Assembly: GCF_004010195.1 (NCBI RefSeq)
Contig: NC_057752.1
Coordinates: 4,093,286-4,150,276 of the forward strand
Reading direction: 5' to 3'
Source of the DNA: Chiloscyllium plagiosum
Lineage: Eukaryota
DNA length: 56,991 nt
Under the pieces are notes generated by a model, which worked only from the letters and a program-made list of their open reading frames with translations, searched no databases and was not told the DNA's origin. A program made the position numbers and the translations under genes. Shown here one piece after another: positions 36,898-49,198 of this stretch (position 1 is its first letter; every line of letters begins with the position of its first letter).

Positions 36898-38120
36898 TAC
36901 ACTTGTATTTGTAATAAATGTTCATATTGATTTTAAAAGGCCAAAATGGAACAGCTGCAGAGATGTCCTGGGGCTGAGAGACTGACCTCCAATGACCACA
37001 GCCATCTTCTTGTGTGCCAGATAGGAGTCCAGTCATCTGAGAATTTTCGCCCGATTCCCATTGACTACGTTTTGCTCGAGCCACTTGATGCCACACTTGG
37101 TCGAATGCAGCCTTGATGTCAAGGGCTGTCACTCTCACCTCACCTTTGGAATTCAGCCCCTTTGTCCAGGTTTGAACCAAGGCTGTCATGAGGAACTGAG
37201 TGGCCCAGGCGGTACCCAAACTGGGCATCACTGAGCAGGTTATTGCTGAGCAGATGCTGCTTGATAGCACTGTGGATGACACCTTCCATCACTTTACTGA
37301 TGATCGAACGTTGACTGATGGGGTGGTAACAGGTCAGGTTAGATTTGTTCAGCTTGTTTTTTGTGTACAGGACATACCTAGGCAATTTTCCACATTGTCG
37401 GGTAGATGCCATGTTGTAATTGTACTGGAATAGCTTGGTGAAGGGAGTGGCAGGGTCTGGAGCACAACTCTTCAGAACTATTGCCAGAATGTTGTCAAGG
37501 CCTGTTGCTTTTGCAGTATCCAGTGCATTTAGCCATTTCTTGATATCACATGGATTAAATCAAATTGGCTGAAGCCTGGCCTTTGTGATTCTGGAGACCA
37601 CCGGAGGAGGCCAAGGTGGATCATTCATTCGGAGCTTCTGGCTGAAGAATGTGGCGAATCCTTCAGCCATATCCTTTGCACTGATGTGCTGGGCTCTTCC
37701 TTTCCTGAGGATGGAGATATTTGTGTCGTCACCCCCTCCAATGAGTTGTTTAATTTTTCACCACTATTCACAACTGGATGTAGTTAGACTGCAGATCTTA
37801 GATCTGATCCGTTGGTTGTGGGATTGCTTAGCTCTGTCTTTCACTTGCTGCTTATGCTGTTTGGCATGCAGGTAGTCATGTTTAGTAGATTCACCAAACT
37901 TACCCCTCATTTTTAGCTCTGCCTGGTGCTGCTCCTGGCATGCCCTACTGCGTTCTTCATTGAACCAGGTTTATCCCCTGGCTTGATGGTAATGGTTGAG
38001 TGGGGGATATGCCAGGTTATGAGGTTGTAGATTGTGATGGAGTACAATTCTGCTGCTGTTAATGGCCCACAGTGCCTTATAGATGCCTGGTCTTGAGTTT
38101 CTAGATCTGTTTGAAGTCTA

Positions 38121-38295
38121 GAGCTGAAAATGTGTTGCTGGAAAAGCGAAGCAGGTCAGGCAGCATCCAAGGAGCAGGAGAATCGACATTTCGGGCATGA
38201 GCCCTTCTTCAGGAATGCTGCCTGACCTGCTGTGCTTTTCCAGCAACACATTTTCAGCTCTGATCTCCAGCATCTGCAGTCCTCACTTTCTCCTC
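38121..38295. mobile_element. Palindromic mini-PLE, family B
   Basis: gagctgaaaatgtgttgctggaaaagc / gcttttccagcaacacattttcagctc arms; minus-strand CTGAAGAAGGGCTCATGCCCGAAA; 14-bp TSD ctgtttgaagtcta (38107-38120, 38296-38309). Confidence 0.9.
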
Positions 38296-39700
38296 CTGTT
38301 TGAAGTCTATCCCATTTAACATAGTGATAGTACTACACAACACGATAGAAAGTAGCTCAACGTGAAGGCAAGATTTCATCTCCAGAAGGAATGTGCGGTG
38401 GTCACTCTTACCAGTATGCTCATGGACAGATGCATTTATGGCAGGCAGATTGGGAAGATGAGGTCAAGTAATATTTTATCCTCTTAATAGTTCCCTCATT
38501 ACAGTCCCAACCAGCAGTGCTGCTAAGGCACTCTTGTCTCCCTTTCAGGATACATTCTGTGTTTCTTGCCTGGTACATTATATATAAGGTATGACTTCAT
38601 CAGTATGACTATTTCAGGCTGCTTTTTGATTGCTCTGTGAGAGAGCTCTCCCAATTTTGGCATAGACCCCCTTGCTCTGTCATTCTCAGTGTCTATTTTG
38701 ACGCCAGGTGGTCTGCCCAGTTATGTACCTTTTTGAAACTCTCCAGAGGTTGATACAACTGAGTGGCTTGGGAGGCCATTTAAGAGTCAACTATATGCCT
38801 ATGGATCTGGAGTCACAGAAGCTTGGCCAGCTGAGGATAGCGGTTTTCCGACCTGAAAGGGCATGGGTGAATTCGATGGGCTTTTTACAATAATTGGCAA
38901 TAGTGTCGTGATAATCATTAGAATATTTATTCCAGATTTTTATTGGATTCAAATTCCACCATCTACTGTGGTGGGACTTGAACTCATGTCCCAAGTACAT
39001 TACTTTGGTTTCTGGATTATATGTCCAGCAACAATACCACTACACTGTCACCTACTCCACGTTGAGTGGAACTTGTTCAATTCTCGGACCCAGGGTGAAA
39101 AAGAGTCCATTGATCAATATGTGACTTTATAAACTCAGCTCACAGAATCCTGTGAATTTGCACAACTCATTTTTAAAAAGATTAAAAACAGCATTGTATG
39201 AGGCAGAAGATATCCCATAGTGAGAGCACATCAGTGAGAGGAGAAATGTATTTTTGGAAGAGCAATTGAAATGTGCAAAAGTGCTGAGGTTGTGAGTTCG
39301 CAGCTAGACCATATTCATGGCGGAATAGACAAGGTCTTACATCACATTAACAGATTGTTCAGACCAAAAGGGCAGAACAATCACAAACTGCAAGGTGCAC
39401 ATATTGCCAAGAACATAATTCCAAGGAGACAAAGTCACATTCAGTATGGAAAAAGCACTGCCAGAGCCTGAATGTACAAATGACTACTGGAGAGGCATCA
39501 GCTGAAGGTTCTGGTGATTCACTTGTAAGTCCTACATTTCCAGCTGCACAGCACCTGGACTCTGACCAGCCAGCTCCAAGCCAGTCCCCAGAGTAAGGAA
39601 AATCCTTGAGACTCCTGTTCATTAATATTTCATCACCAGGAAAAGCGCCCATGTGGCCAGTGAACAAGCAAAGCTCAGAATGAGCGAGACTCCTGTTTAT

Positions 39701-40014
39701 TTATTTTTTTTAGGTGTGAGACACAGTGAAAGACACAAAGTGCACGAATCTTTATTCAATTTCCACCACCAGGAAGATAGGAAAACACCCAGGTGGCCTG
39801 TGAAAAACACTGCCCTTCACATCAAAGGACAGTGCTGTGTGATCAAAACAGTGAAGGGGAGGGTAGGGACTAAATCAAAATAGAGTTGGAGGGAGAAATG
39901 ATGCACTCCACTCCCTGCAGCGCCCACCTCTCCCTGAACAACTCCAGGGTGTTGGTCGACACCGCGTGCTCCTTCTCCAAGGACACCCGGGCCCTAACGT
40001 AACCGCGGAAGAGG
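39701..40014 (-). mobile_element. Tx1/L1-clade LINE 3' end
   Basis: Minus-strand LFRGYVRARVSLEKEHAVSTNTLELFRERWALQGVECIISPSNSILI*, A-rich tail; 15-bp TSD gagactcctgtttat (39686-39700, 40015-40029). Confidence 0.8.
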
Positions 40015-40242
40015 GAGACTCCTGTTTATATCTGTTAGCCAGGCTTCTCTTATTTGCCCAGGTTAACATTTCCAGCTAAGAATCTCATATTCAATTAGGT
40101 CCACCTGGCCAACCTCGTTTCAATCACTACACACGGCAAGAACAAATGGCACAAGAATGACATTGCCTGGGGAAGGAACATCACGGAAATGAACAGCCAA
40201 TGACAAAGAACTCGCATTCTATTCAGAGGTTGATATGATTTA

Positions 40243-40392
40243 ATAGAAACATAGAATACAGGAGTAGGAGTATGCCATTCGAATCTGCTCTGACATTCAA
40301 TATGATAATGGCTGATTATCCAACTCAGTACCCTGCTCCCAACTTCTCCTCATACCCTTTGATCTTTTTATCCCTAAGAACTATATCTAGCT
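40243..40392 (-). mobile_element. CR1 3' tail
   Basis: atagaaacatagaatacaggagtagg..cattcaatatgataatggctgat, similar to 27268-27420. Confidence 0.75.
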
Positions 40393-40472
40393 TTAAGCTT
40401 TAAAGAATGTGTATGGAATACATATTCAGATAATGATGAGAATAATTAACTGCTAATGCATGAATACAGTTT

Positions 40473-40789
40473 GGGGGCGGCACGGTGTCTCAGTGGTTAG
40501 CACGGCTGCCTCACAACACCAGGGTCCCAGGTTCGATTCCAGCCTTGGGCGACTGTCTGTGTGGAGTTTGCACATTCTCCCTGTGTCTGCGTGGGTTTTC
40601 ACCGGGTGCTCCGGTTTCATCCCACAGTCCAAAGATGTGCAGGTCAGGTGAATTGGCCATGCTAAATTGCCCAAAGTGTTAGGTGCGTTAGTCAGAGAGA
40701 AATGGGACTGGGTGGGTTGCTCTTCAGAGGGTCAGTGTGGACTTGTTGGGCCGAAGGGCCTGTTTCCACACTGTAGGGAATCTACCTAA
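40473..40789 (+). mobile_element. HE1 V-SINE, full length
   Basis: tRNA-like head (cagtggttagcac; ggttcgattcc), V-domain ctgtctgtgtggagtttgcacattctcc..ccacagtccaaagatgtgc, HER1-like tail gggccgaagggcctgtttcc. Confidence 0.92.
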
Positions 40790-40799
40790 GTTGTGTGCA

Positions 40800-41617
40800 T
40801 AGTGGGTAAATTCAAGACAGAAATATTCCATGATTGGGAAGAAAACCTTGAGCTTGATGTTGCATTACAACATTTATATTACCAGTAATGTGTCTGAAAC
40901 AATTGTGGTTACTGATCATAACCTATTAAAGGCTTTGGAGAAATTTAAGGATAAAAAAATCCATGCTGTTTAGATAGAGCTTATTATTGCAGCTACTAAA
41001 TTTGAAAATTATATACATGACAGAACGAGATCGTAATTGCCAACGCATTGTCGCGACTGATGAAGGAAGACAGAGGCATTTGGTAGCGAGAGTAAATGGA
41101 CTGAAATAGTCTGTAGTAGTGAATGTTTGCATGCTTAGAGTCAATGTAATGTATATGTATTGTACTTGACTAATACAGTAAGACTAAACGTTTTTTAAAA
41201 ATGAAGCCATCATTGTATATTGGTGTTTCTGTTTTATAAGGGGGAGAGTTGCGACGATACTGTGACTTTAAGAAATTATTTTGTCCTTTTTTTTGAAGAG
41301 AGGTTATCAGGCAGAGGTGCCAAGAAATCTACCAGACTGACTGGAATAAACAACTTGGGAGTCATTAGGTTTTTTTAAATAGCCCGAATGGATGTATCCA
41401 GCTCTCACAGATCAGGTTTTCTGGGTTTTTAGGTTGAGCTTTAAGCAGAAGCTCTGGGGGTCTCAACAGAGTTAGAAGCTTCAGTGAATGTCTCCTAGCT
41501 GCTACTATCTCTGAATTTTCTCTTGATGCTTTTTCCTCCTGGATTGGAGAACTGCATGTGAGAATCTGTATCTGAATTTTCCTTTTTGCCAAGGTGTGTT
41601 GGTTTGCAATATTACTG
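40800..41617 (+). mobile_element. Ty3/gypsy (Gmr1-like) remnant: RNase H, polypurine tract and start of the 3' LTR
   Basis: Frameshifted QKYSMIGKKTLSL..VVTDHNLL..EKFKDK..LFR*SLLLQ..VIANALSRL; aagggggagag (41238-41248) followed by TG at 41250. Confidence 0.7.
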
Positions 41618-41619
41618 TA

Positions 41620-41910
41620 CAGGTGTCCCCCACTATCTGAAAGTAGGACATTCCTATGAAACCTTTCATAAGCTGAAATGGCGTAAAATGAAGAAGCAAT
41701 TACCATTAACTTAGATGAAAAAAAAATGTTGAGTATTCCCACACCCAAAAAATAACCTGCCAAATCATACTAAATAACACACAAAACCTAAAATAATGCT
41801 AATATCTCGTAAAAGCAGGAAAATGATAAATACACAGCCTAGATAAGTAGAACGAATACATGTACAGTGTAGTTTCATTCACCAGAATAGGGAACACAGC
41901 GAGCACACTG
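41620..41910. mobile_element. Tigger/pogo-like DNA transposon end
   Basis: TA followed by caggtgtcccccactatctgaaagt, resembling Tigger TIRs; the second TIR was not found. Confidence 0.45.
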
Positions 41911-42469
41911 GAAGGCTGAGGGGTCAAGGTGGTGATGATAGTATGCGAGGCTGAGTCATCAGAAATTGGGGTGGTGGGAGGTAGAGGAGACTTGGTGTAG
42001 GAGAGAGAGGAAGAAGGTATTTTATTAACACTTCCTGGGAGTGCACAAATTAGAAAAGAATACAATATCCTTTACTGCCAGGTGTACTCAAGTACAGGAG
42101 TATGGTGACAAGTTTTACAAAGTTGCCTCTTCTGGTGCCATCTTAGGTACAAGTACTGAGGTACATATCTTAGATACAAAAGAGGAATAACAAAGACAAG
42201 CAGTTGCATTTTCCATTGTTGAAAGAAAAAGTCAGAAATAAGACAGAGTAAAAGGATTGACATAATAGTCAGATAAAAAAAATTCAAATAAACATTCCAT
42301 TGCAAGAGCTGAGTGCAGGGGCTACCACACGCGGACCACCAGGCCACAGTCCAACGACTGCTCTGCTCTAAGCTTCCAGTCCGCAACGTGCTGGGTCTGA
42401 GGGTAAGTTTATTCCGAGCGGGATTCCCCAACTGGCCTCCACCTGAGACTCACTCCCTGCACCAGCACC

Positions 42470-45400
42470 AGCCTGGAACTGTTTCCCAATGCCAGTCACT
42501 ACCCAGGGACTGCTTCCCCAATGCCAGTCACTACCCAGGGACTGCTTCCCCAATGCCAGTCACTACCCAGGGACCGCTTCCCCAGCCCAGTCACTGCTGT
42601 GGGACTGCTTCGCCTGCCCAGTCACTGCTCTGGGACTGCTTCGCCTGCCCGGTCTCTGCTCTGGGACTACTTCCCCTGCCCAGACACTGCTCTGGGATTG
42701 CTTGCCTTGTCCAGACATTGCTCTGGGACTGCATCCCCTGCCCAGTCACTGCTCTGGGACTACTTCCCCTGCCCAGACACTGCTCTGGGATTGCTTGCCT
42801 TGTCCAGACATTGCTCTGGGACTGCATCCCCTGCCCAGTCACTGCTCTGGGACTGCTTCGCCTGCCCAGTCACTGCTCTGGGACTGCTTCGCCTGCCCGG
42901 TCACTGCTCTGGGACGGATTCCTCTGCCCAGTCACTGCTCTGGGACTACTTCCCCTGCCCAGACACTGCTCTGGGATTGCTTGCCTTGTCCAGACATTGC
43001 TCTGGGACTGCATCCCCTGCCCAGTCACTGCTCTGGGACTGCTTCCCCTGCCCAGTAACTGCTATGAGACTGCTTCCGCTGCTCAGTCAATGCTCTGGGA
43101 CTGCTTCCCCTGCTCAGTCGCTGCTCTGGGACTGCTTCCCCTGCCCAGTCGCTGCCATGGGACTGCTTCCCCTGCCCAGTCACTGCTCCAGGACTGGTTC
43201 CCCTGCCCAGTCACTGCTCCAGGACTGCTTCCCCAGCCCAGTCACTACTCTGGGACTGCTTCCCCTGCCCAGTCACTGGTCTGGGACAGTTTCCCCAGCC
43301 CAGTCACTGCTCTGGGACTGCTTCCCCTGCCCAGTCACTGCTCCGGGACTGGTTCCCCTGCCCAGCCCTGCCCAGTCACTGCTCCGGGACTGGTTCCCCT
43401 GCCCAGTCACTGCTCCGGGACTGCTTCCCCTGCTCAGTCACTGCTCTGGGACTGCTTACCCTGCCCAGTCACTGCTCCGGGACTGGTTCCCCTGCCCAGT
43501 CACTGCTCTGGGACTGCTTCCCCTGCTCAGTCACTGCTCCGGGACTGCTTCCCCTGCCCAGTCACTGCTCTGGGACTGCTTCCCCAGCCCAGTCACTGCT
43601 CTGGGACTGCTTCCCCTGCCCGGTCACTGCTCTGGGACTACTTCCCCGGCCCAGTCATTGCCCTGGAACTGCTTCCCCTGCCCAGTCACTGCTCTGGGAC
43701 TGCTTCCCCTGCCCAGTCACTGCTCCGGGACTGCTTCCCCTGCCCAGTCACTGCTCCGGGACTGCTTCCCCTGCTCAGTCACTGCTCTGGGACTGCTTCC
43801 CCATCCCAGTCACTGCTCTGGGACTGCTTCCCCTCCACAGTCACTGCTCTGGGACTGCCCAGTCACTGCTCTGGGACTGCTTCCCCTCCACAGTCACTGC
43901 TCTGGGACTGCTTCCCCAATGCCCAGTCACTGCACGAGGACTGATTCCCCTGCCCAGTCACTGCTCTGGGACTGCTTCCCCTGCCCGGTCACTGCTCTGG
44001 GACTACTTCCCCGGCCCAGTCATTGCCCTGGAACTGCTTCCCCTGCCCAGTCACTGCTCTGGGACTGCTTCCCCTGCCCAGTCACTGCTCCGGGACTGCT
44101 TCCCCTGCTCAGTCACTGCTCTGGGACTGCTTCCCCATCCCAGTCACTGCTCTGGGACTGCTTCCCCTCCACAGTCACTGCTCTGGGACTGCCCAGTCAC
44201 TGCTCTGGGACTGCTTCCCCTCCACAGTCACTGCTCTGGGACTGCTTCCCCAATGCCCAGTCACTGCACGAGGACTGATTCCCCTGCCCAGTCACTGCTC
44301 TGGGACTGATTCCCCTGCCCAGTACCTGCACTGGGATTGCTTCCCCTGCCCAGTCACCGCTCTGGGACTGTATCGCCTGCCCAGTCACGGCTTCCCTACT
44401 GCCCAGTCACTGCATCTCCTGGCCAGTCACTGCCCTGGGACTGCTTCCCCTGCCCAGTAACTGCTCTGGGACTGCTTCCCCTGCCGACTCACTGTTCTGG
44501 GACGGCTTCCCCTGGCCAGTCACTGCTCTGGGACCTCTTCCCCTGCACAGTCACTGCTCTGGGACTGCTTCCCCTGCCAGTCACTGCACTAGGACTGATT
44601 CCCCTGCCCAGTCACTGCGCTGGGATTGCTTCCCCTACCCAGTCACCGCTCTGGGACTGTATCGCCTGCCCAGTCAGGGTTTCCCTACTGCCCAGTCACT
44701 GCATCTCCTGGCCAGTCACTGCCCTGGGACTGCTTCCCCTCGACAGTCACTGCTCTGGGACAGCTTCCCCTGCCCAGCCACTGCTCAGGGACTGCTTTCC
44801 CTGCCCAGTAACTGCTCTGGGACGGCTTCCCCTGCCCAGTCACTGCTCTGGGACTGCTTCCCCTGCCAGTCACTGCTCTGGGACGGATTCCTCTGCCCAG
44901 TCACTGCTCTGGGACTGCTTCCCCTGCCCAATCACTGCTCTGGGACTGCTTCCCCTGCCCAGACACTGCTCTGATACTGCGTCCCCTGCCCAGTCACTGT
45001 TCTGGGACTGCGTCCCCTACCCAGACACTGCCTGGGACTGCTTCCCCAATGCTCAGTCACGGCCCTAGGACTGCTTCCCCAGCCCAGTCACTGCCCTGGG
45101 ACTGCTTCCCCTGCCCAGTCACTGCTCTGGGGCTGCTTCCCCAATGCCAGCCACTGCTCTGGGACTGCTACACCGGCCTCCTCACTGCTTTGGGACTGCT
45201 TCCCCTGCTCAGTCACTGCTCTGGAAGTGCTTCGCCGGCCGACTCACTGCTCTGGGACTGCTTCCCCTGCCCAGTCACTGCCGTGGGACTGCTTCCCCCG
45301 CCCAGTCACTGCCCTGGGACTGCTTCCCCTGCCCAGTCACTGCTCCGGGACTGCTTCCCCAGCCCAGTCACTGCTCTGGGACTGCTTCCCCTGCCCAGTC

Positions 45401-46640
45401 ACTGCTCCGGGACTGCTTCCCCTGCTCGGTCACTGCTCTGGGACTACTTCCCGGGCCCAGTCACTGCTCCGGGACTGCTTCCCCTGNNNNNNNNNNNNNN
45501 NNNNNNNNNNNNNNNNNNNNNNNNNNNNNNNNNNNNNNNNNNNNNNNNNNNNNNNNNNNNNNNNNNNNNNNNNNNNNNNNNNNNNNNNNNNNNNNNNNNN
45601 NNNNNNNNNNNNNNNNNNNNNNNNNNNNNNNNNNNNNNNNNNNNNNNNNNNNNNNNNNNNNNNNNNNNNNNNNNNNNNNNNNNNNNNNNNNNNNNNNNNN
45701 NNNNNNNNNNNNNNNNNNNNNNNNNNNNNNNNNNNNNNNNNNNNNNNNNNNNNNNNNNNNNNNNNNNNNNNNNNNNNNNNNNNNNNNNNNNNNNNNNNNN
45801 NNNNNNNNNNNNNNNNNNNNNNNNNNNNNNNNNNNNNNNNNNNNNNNNNNNNNNNNNNNNNNNNNNNNNNNNNNNNNNNNNNNNNNNNNNNNNNNNNNNN
45901 NNNNNNNNNNNNNNNNNNNNNNNNNNNNNNNNNNNNNNNNNNNNNNNNNNNNNNNNNNNNNNNNNNNNNNNNNNNNNNNNNNNNNNCTGTCCAGTCACTG
46001 CTCTGGGACTGCTTCCCTAATGCCGAGTCACTGCTCTGGGACTGCTTCCCTAGTGCCAGTCACCGCTCTGGGACTGCTTCCTCTGTCCAGTCACTGCTCT
46101 GGGACTGCTTCCCCAGCCCAGTCACTGCCGTGGGACTGCTTCCCCAGCACAGTCACTGCCGTGGGACTGCTTCCCCAGCCCAGTCACTGCTCTGGGACTG
46201 CTTCCCCAGCCCAGTCACTGCTCTGGGACTGCTTCCCCTGCCCATTCACTGCTCTGGGACTGCTTCCCCTCCACAGTCACTGCTCTGGGACTGCTTCCCC
46301 AATGGCGAGCCACTGCTCTGGGACTGCATCCCCAATGCCAGCCACTGCTCTGGGACTGCTTCCCCAATGCCCAGTCACTGCACGAGGACTGATTCCCCTG
46401 CCCAGTCACTGATCCGGGACTGCTTCCCCAGCCCAGTCACTGCTCTGGGACTGCTTCCCCTGCCCAGTCACTGCTCTGGGACTGCTTCCCCAATGCCAGT
46501 CACCGCTCTGGGACTGCTTCCCCTGTCCAGTCACCGCTCTGGGACTGCTTCCCCAATGCCGAGTTACTGCTCTGGGACTGCTTCCCCTGCCCAGACACTG
46601 CTCCAGAACTGCTTTCATGTGCCAGCCACTGCTTTGGGTT
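42470..46640. repeat. GC-rich 31-bp minisatellite (>100 copies, spans a 500-N gap)
   Basis: Consensus gcccagtcactgctctgggactgcttcccct with variant units and higher-order blocks. Confidence 0.97.
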
Positions 46641-46806
46641 CCGTCTCCGGGGCTTCCCATCTTCTCCATTCGAGGGGAAGTAATGAATAGAGAAAAGGAA
46701 AAGAACAGTCGGCGCAGAGGAGCCGTGATCTTTCAACTGAATTCGTTTAGTTCATGACCTCATTACAACCTTGGTCCGGATACGGACAACAGATCTGAAT
46801 TCCTGA

Positions 46807-47193
46807 TCTGAGGGGTGACCTTATCGAGTTTAATAAAATCATGAGGGGCATGAATGGGGTAAATAGACAAGCTCTTTTCCCTGTGGCGTGGGTGTCCAAA
46901 ACTAGAGGGCATAGGTTTAAGGTGAGAGGGGAAAGTTTTCAAAGGAACCTAAGGGGCAACAGTTTCATGCGGAGTGTGGTGCCTGTATGGAATGAGCTGC
47001 CAGAGGAAGCGGTGGAGGCTGGTACAATTAAAACATCTAAAAGGTATCTGGATGGGTATATGAATAGGAAGGGTTTAGAGAGATACAGGCCAAATACTGG
47101 AAAATGGGACTAGATTAATTTAGGATATCTAGTTGGCATGGGTGAGTTGGACAGAAGGGTTTGTTTGCATGCTTTACAACACTGTGACTCTGT
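46807..47193 (+). mobile_element. HER1/CR1 LINE 3' end
   Basis: KTRGHRFKVRGESFQRNLRGN..WNELPEEAVEAGTI; HER1 tail. Confidence 0.9.
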
Positions 47194-48197
47194 GCACGGG
47201 ATAATGCATGCAAATCTTTTTATATTGAAAGGGAATGTTAGGGCTACTTGTAGCTGCCATTGTCATGTGACCTCTACCATGAGGCACTGACTTAGGGGCT
47301 GCCATCTCCAGTCACTTTAAATAAATTCACAGTACAGGTCAAAGTTTTTGCCTTACAAGCTCAAAACGCAATCTTCTCCAGTTGTCAGTTTCTTGATCTC
47401 TCTCCCCAGTTTCCAATGTCCTGCTCTTCTGTCTGTTGTCTATAGTTACATGCAGTTCCCCTCTTCTGCCCCCTTCCATTCCATGTAATGAAGACAAAAA
47501 ATATCAGAAATCATAGCATGGAGAGTCAGCAAGCTGACATTTCGAGTCTAGATAACTCTTTATCAGAGATTTTGTCTTCAGTACAAGGTTCCAGCATCTG
47601 CAGTAATTTGCTTTCCCTTTCATTCCATCCTCCCATGAAGTTGCTGACCCATGTTGCAGCATATTACCACAAGTAGTAACTACCATCCCAAAAACTGGTC
47701 ACACTATCTGAGCCAAAACAGTGAGCCAAGTATATGGGTTAGTGAGAAGTTGGGTTTACTGTGTTATTAAATGAGTTCAGGCCATTTATTTATTATCAAC
47801 AGTATCTCAGGATTTAAAGATTTATCAATAACGCTGAATCAAGTTGGGCCTGAATCAAGTACAGTTTCCTCTGCTTTAGTGGCTGTTACAGACTAGAGTT
47901 CAAGGGACTTACTCAAATACAATTAGTTTCTGGCGAATAATTAGCACTGGCCACCTAACATTCAGCATTTGTTGCCATTAGAAGTTATTTGAAACCTTGA
48001 TTCTTGCAAGCAGTTAATTTTATTAGGTCTCAGCTGTTTTATGTCGGAATTGCACCCAACTGGGCTCAGGCCTGGGCAGTTATCATTTCAAGCATAATCT
48101 GAATTGTATTGATTTGGAGATGCCGGTGTTGGACTGGGGCGGACAAAGTTAAAAATCACACAACACCAAGTTATAGTCCAACAGGTTTGTTTGGAAG

Positions 48198-48232
48198 CAC
48201 TAGCTTTCGGAGAGCTGCTCCTTCATCAGGTG
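48198..48232 (-). ncRNA. Minimal hammerhead motif in the inverted arm (degenerate partner at 50223-50258, + strand)
   Basis: Minus strand cac-CTGATGA-A-GGAG..CTCC-GAAA-GCTA-gtg. Confidence 0.65.
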
Positions 48233-48888
48233 GTCGTGGTGTAGAAGATCATAAGACACAGAATTTATAGCAAAAGTTTACAGTGTGATGAAACTGAAAC
48301 TATATATTGAAAAAGACCTGGATTGTTTGTTAAGTCTCTCATCTTTTAGAATGAACATGTTGTTTTCAGTTCTTTCATATGTAAATCGCAGAACATTTTA
48401 ACACAATTGGTGTCATGTCGGCCCAGATAATGCAGTTAAGGTGTGAGATGCCCTGTGTGAGACTATCTGTGCGACAATGTTCAGACTGATTCCAATCTAA
48501 AAATTAGATTTACAGAATCTTACATGGATTCATGCAGTCTTTGAACAAAGTAAAATGTAATTCTGCAAGTACAATTTCACCCCACAAACTTATATGTGTG
48601 CGTGTGTGTGTGTGTGTGTGTGGTGGGGGGGCGGAGGTTTATGAGTATCTGTGAGAGAGTGTGTGTATGTGAGTGTAAAGGGGTGTAAGCCTGTGAGAGT
48701 GTGCGTGTGTGCATGAGAGTGTACGTGTGAGCATATGAGAGCGCTTGTGTATGAGAAAGGGTCTGTGTGAGTGTATGGGTCTGTAGGAGTGTGTGTGTGT
48801 GTCTGTGGGAGTGTCTGTGTCTGTGGGAGTGTCTGTGTCTGTGTGTATGTCTATCTGTGAGTGTGCGTCTGTCTGTGTGCGCGCCTGT

Positions 48889-49198
48889 CATTGTCTATCT
48901 CATATGTTACAGGCAAGGATGCCCTGAGGCATGGTACATTGGTGAGATCGAGCAGAGGCTAGGGCAATGGATGAATGGACACCGCACAACAATCAACAGA
49001 CAGGAGTGTTCCCTCCCAGTCGGAGAACACTTCAGCGGTCCGGGACATTCGACCTTGGACCTTCGGGTGACCATTCTCCAAGGCGATCTTCGGGACAGGC
49101 AACAACGCAAAGTGGCCGAGCAGAGGCTTATAGCCAAGTTTGGTACCCATGGGGATTGCCTCAATCGGGACCTTGCGTTCATGTCACACTACAGGTGA
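48889..49198 (+). pseudogene. PLE GIY-YIG endonuclease C-terminal fragment
   Basis: IVYLIC..CPEAWYIGEIEQRLGQWMNGHR..PVGEHFSGPGH..RKVAEQRLIAKFGTHGDCLNRD. Confidence 0.88.

Larger units (their letters stand above)
33286..39055 (-). mobile_element. Second near full-length Zenon-like LINE with tRNA-like head, fragmented by nested insertions
   Basis: Segments 33286-33890, 34081-34290, 34437-34469, ~36645-36751, ~36946-38120 and 38296-39055 are colinear with 28095-31027; RT motif VRVTALDIKAAFDQVWH; head at 38960-39055. Confidence 0.85.

Noticed and set aside
40473..40550. tRNA gene
   Set aside because: A/B boxes run directly into the V-domain and LINE-like tail of an HE1 SINE; the same holds for the other heads.
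42470..46640. CRISPR-like array
   Set aside because: Units are head-to-tail with no unique spacers, there are no cas genes, and the context is vertebrate.
42313..46690. Cys/Pro/Ser-rich ORFs up to 585 aa
   Set aside because: The 31-bp unit lacks plus-strand stops, so all three frames stay open and cycle through the same peptides; no evidence of a gene.
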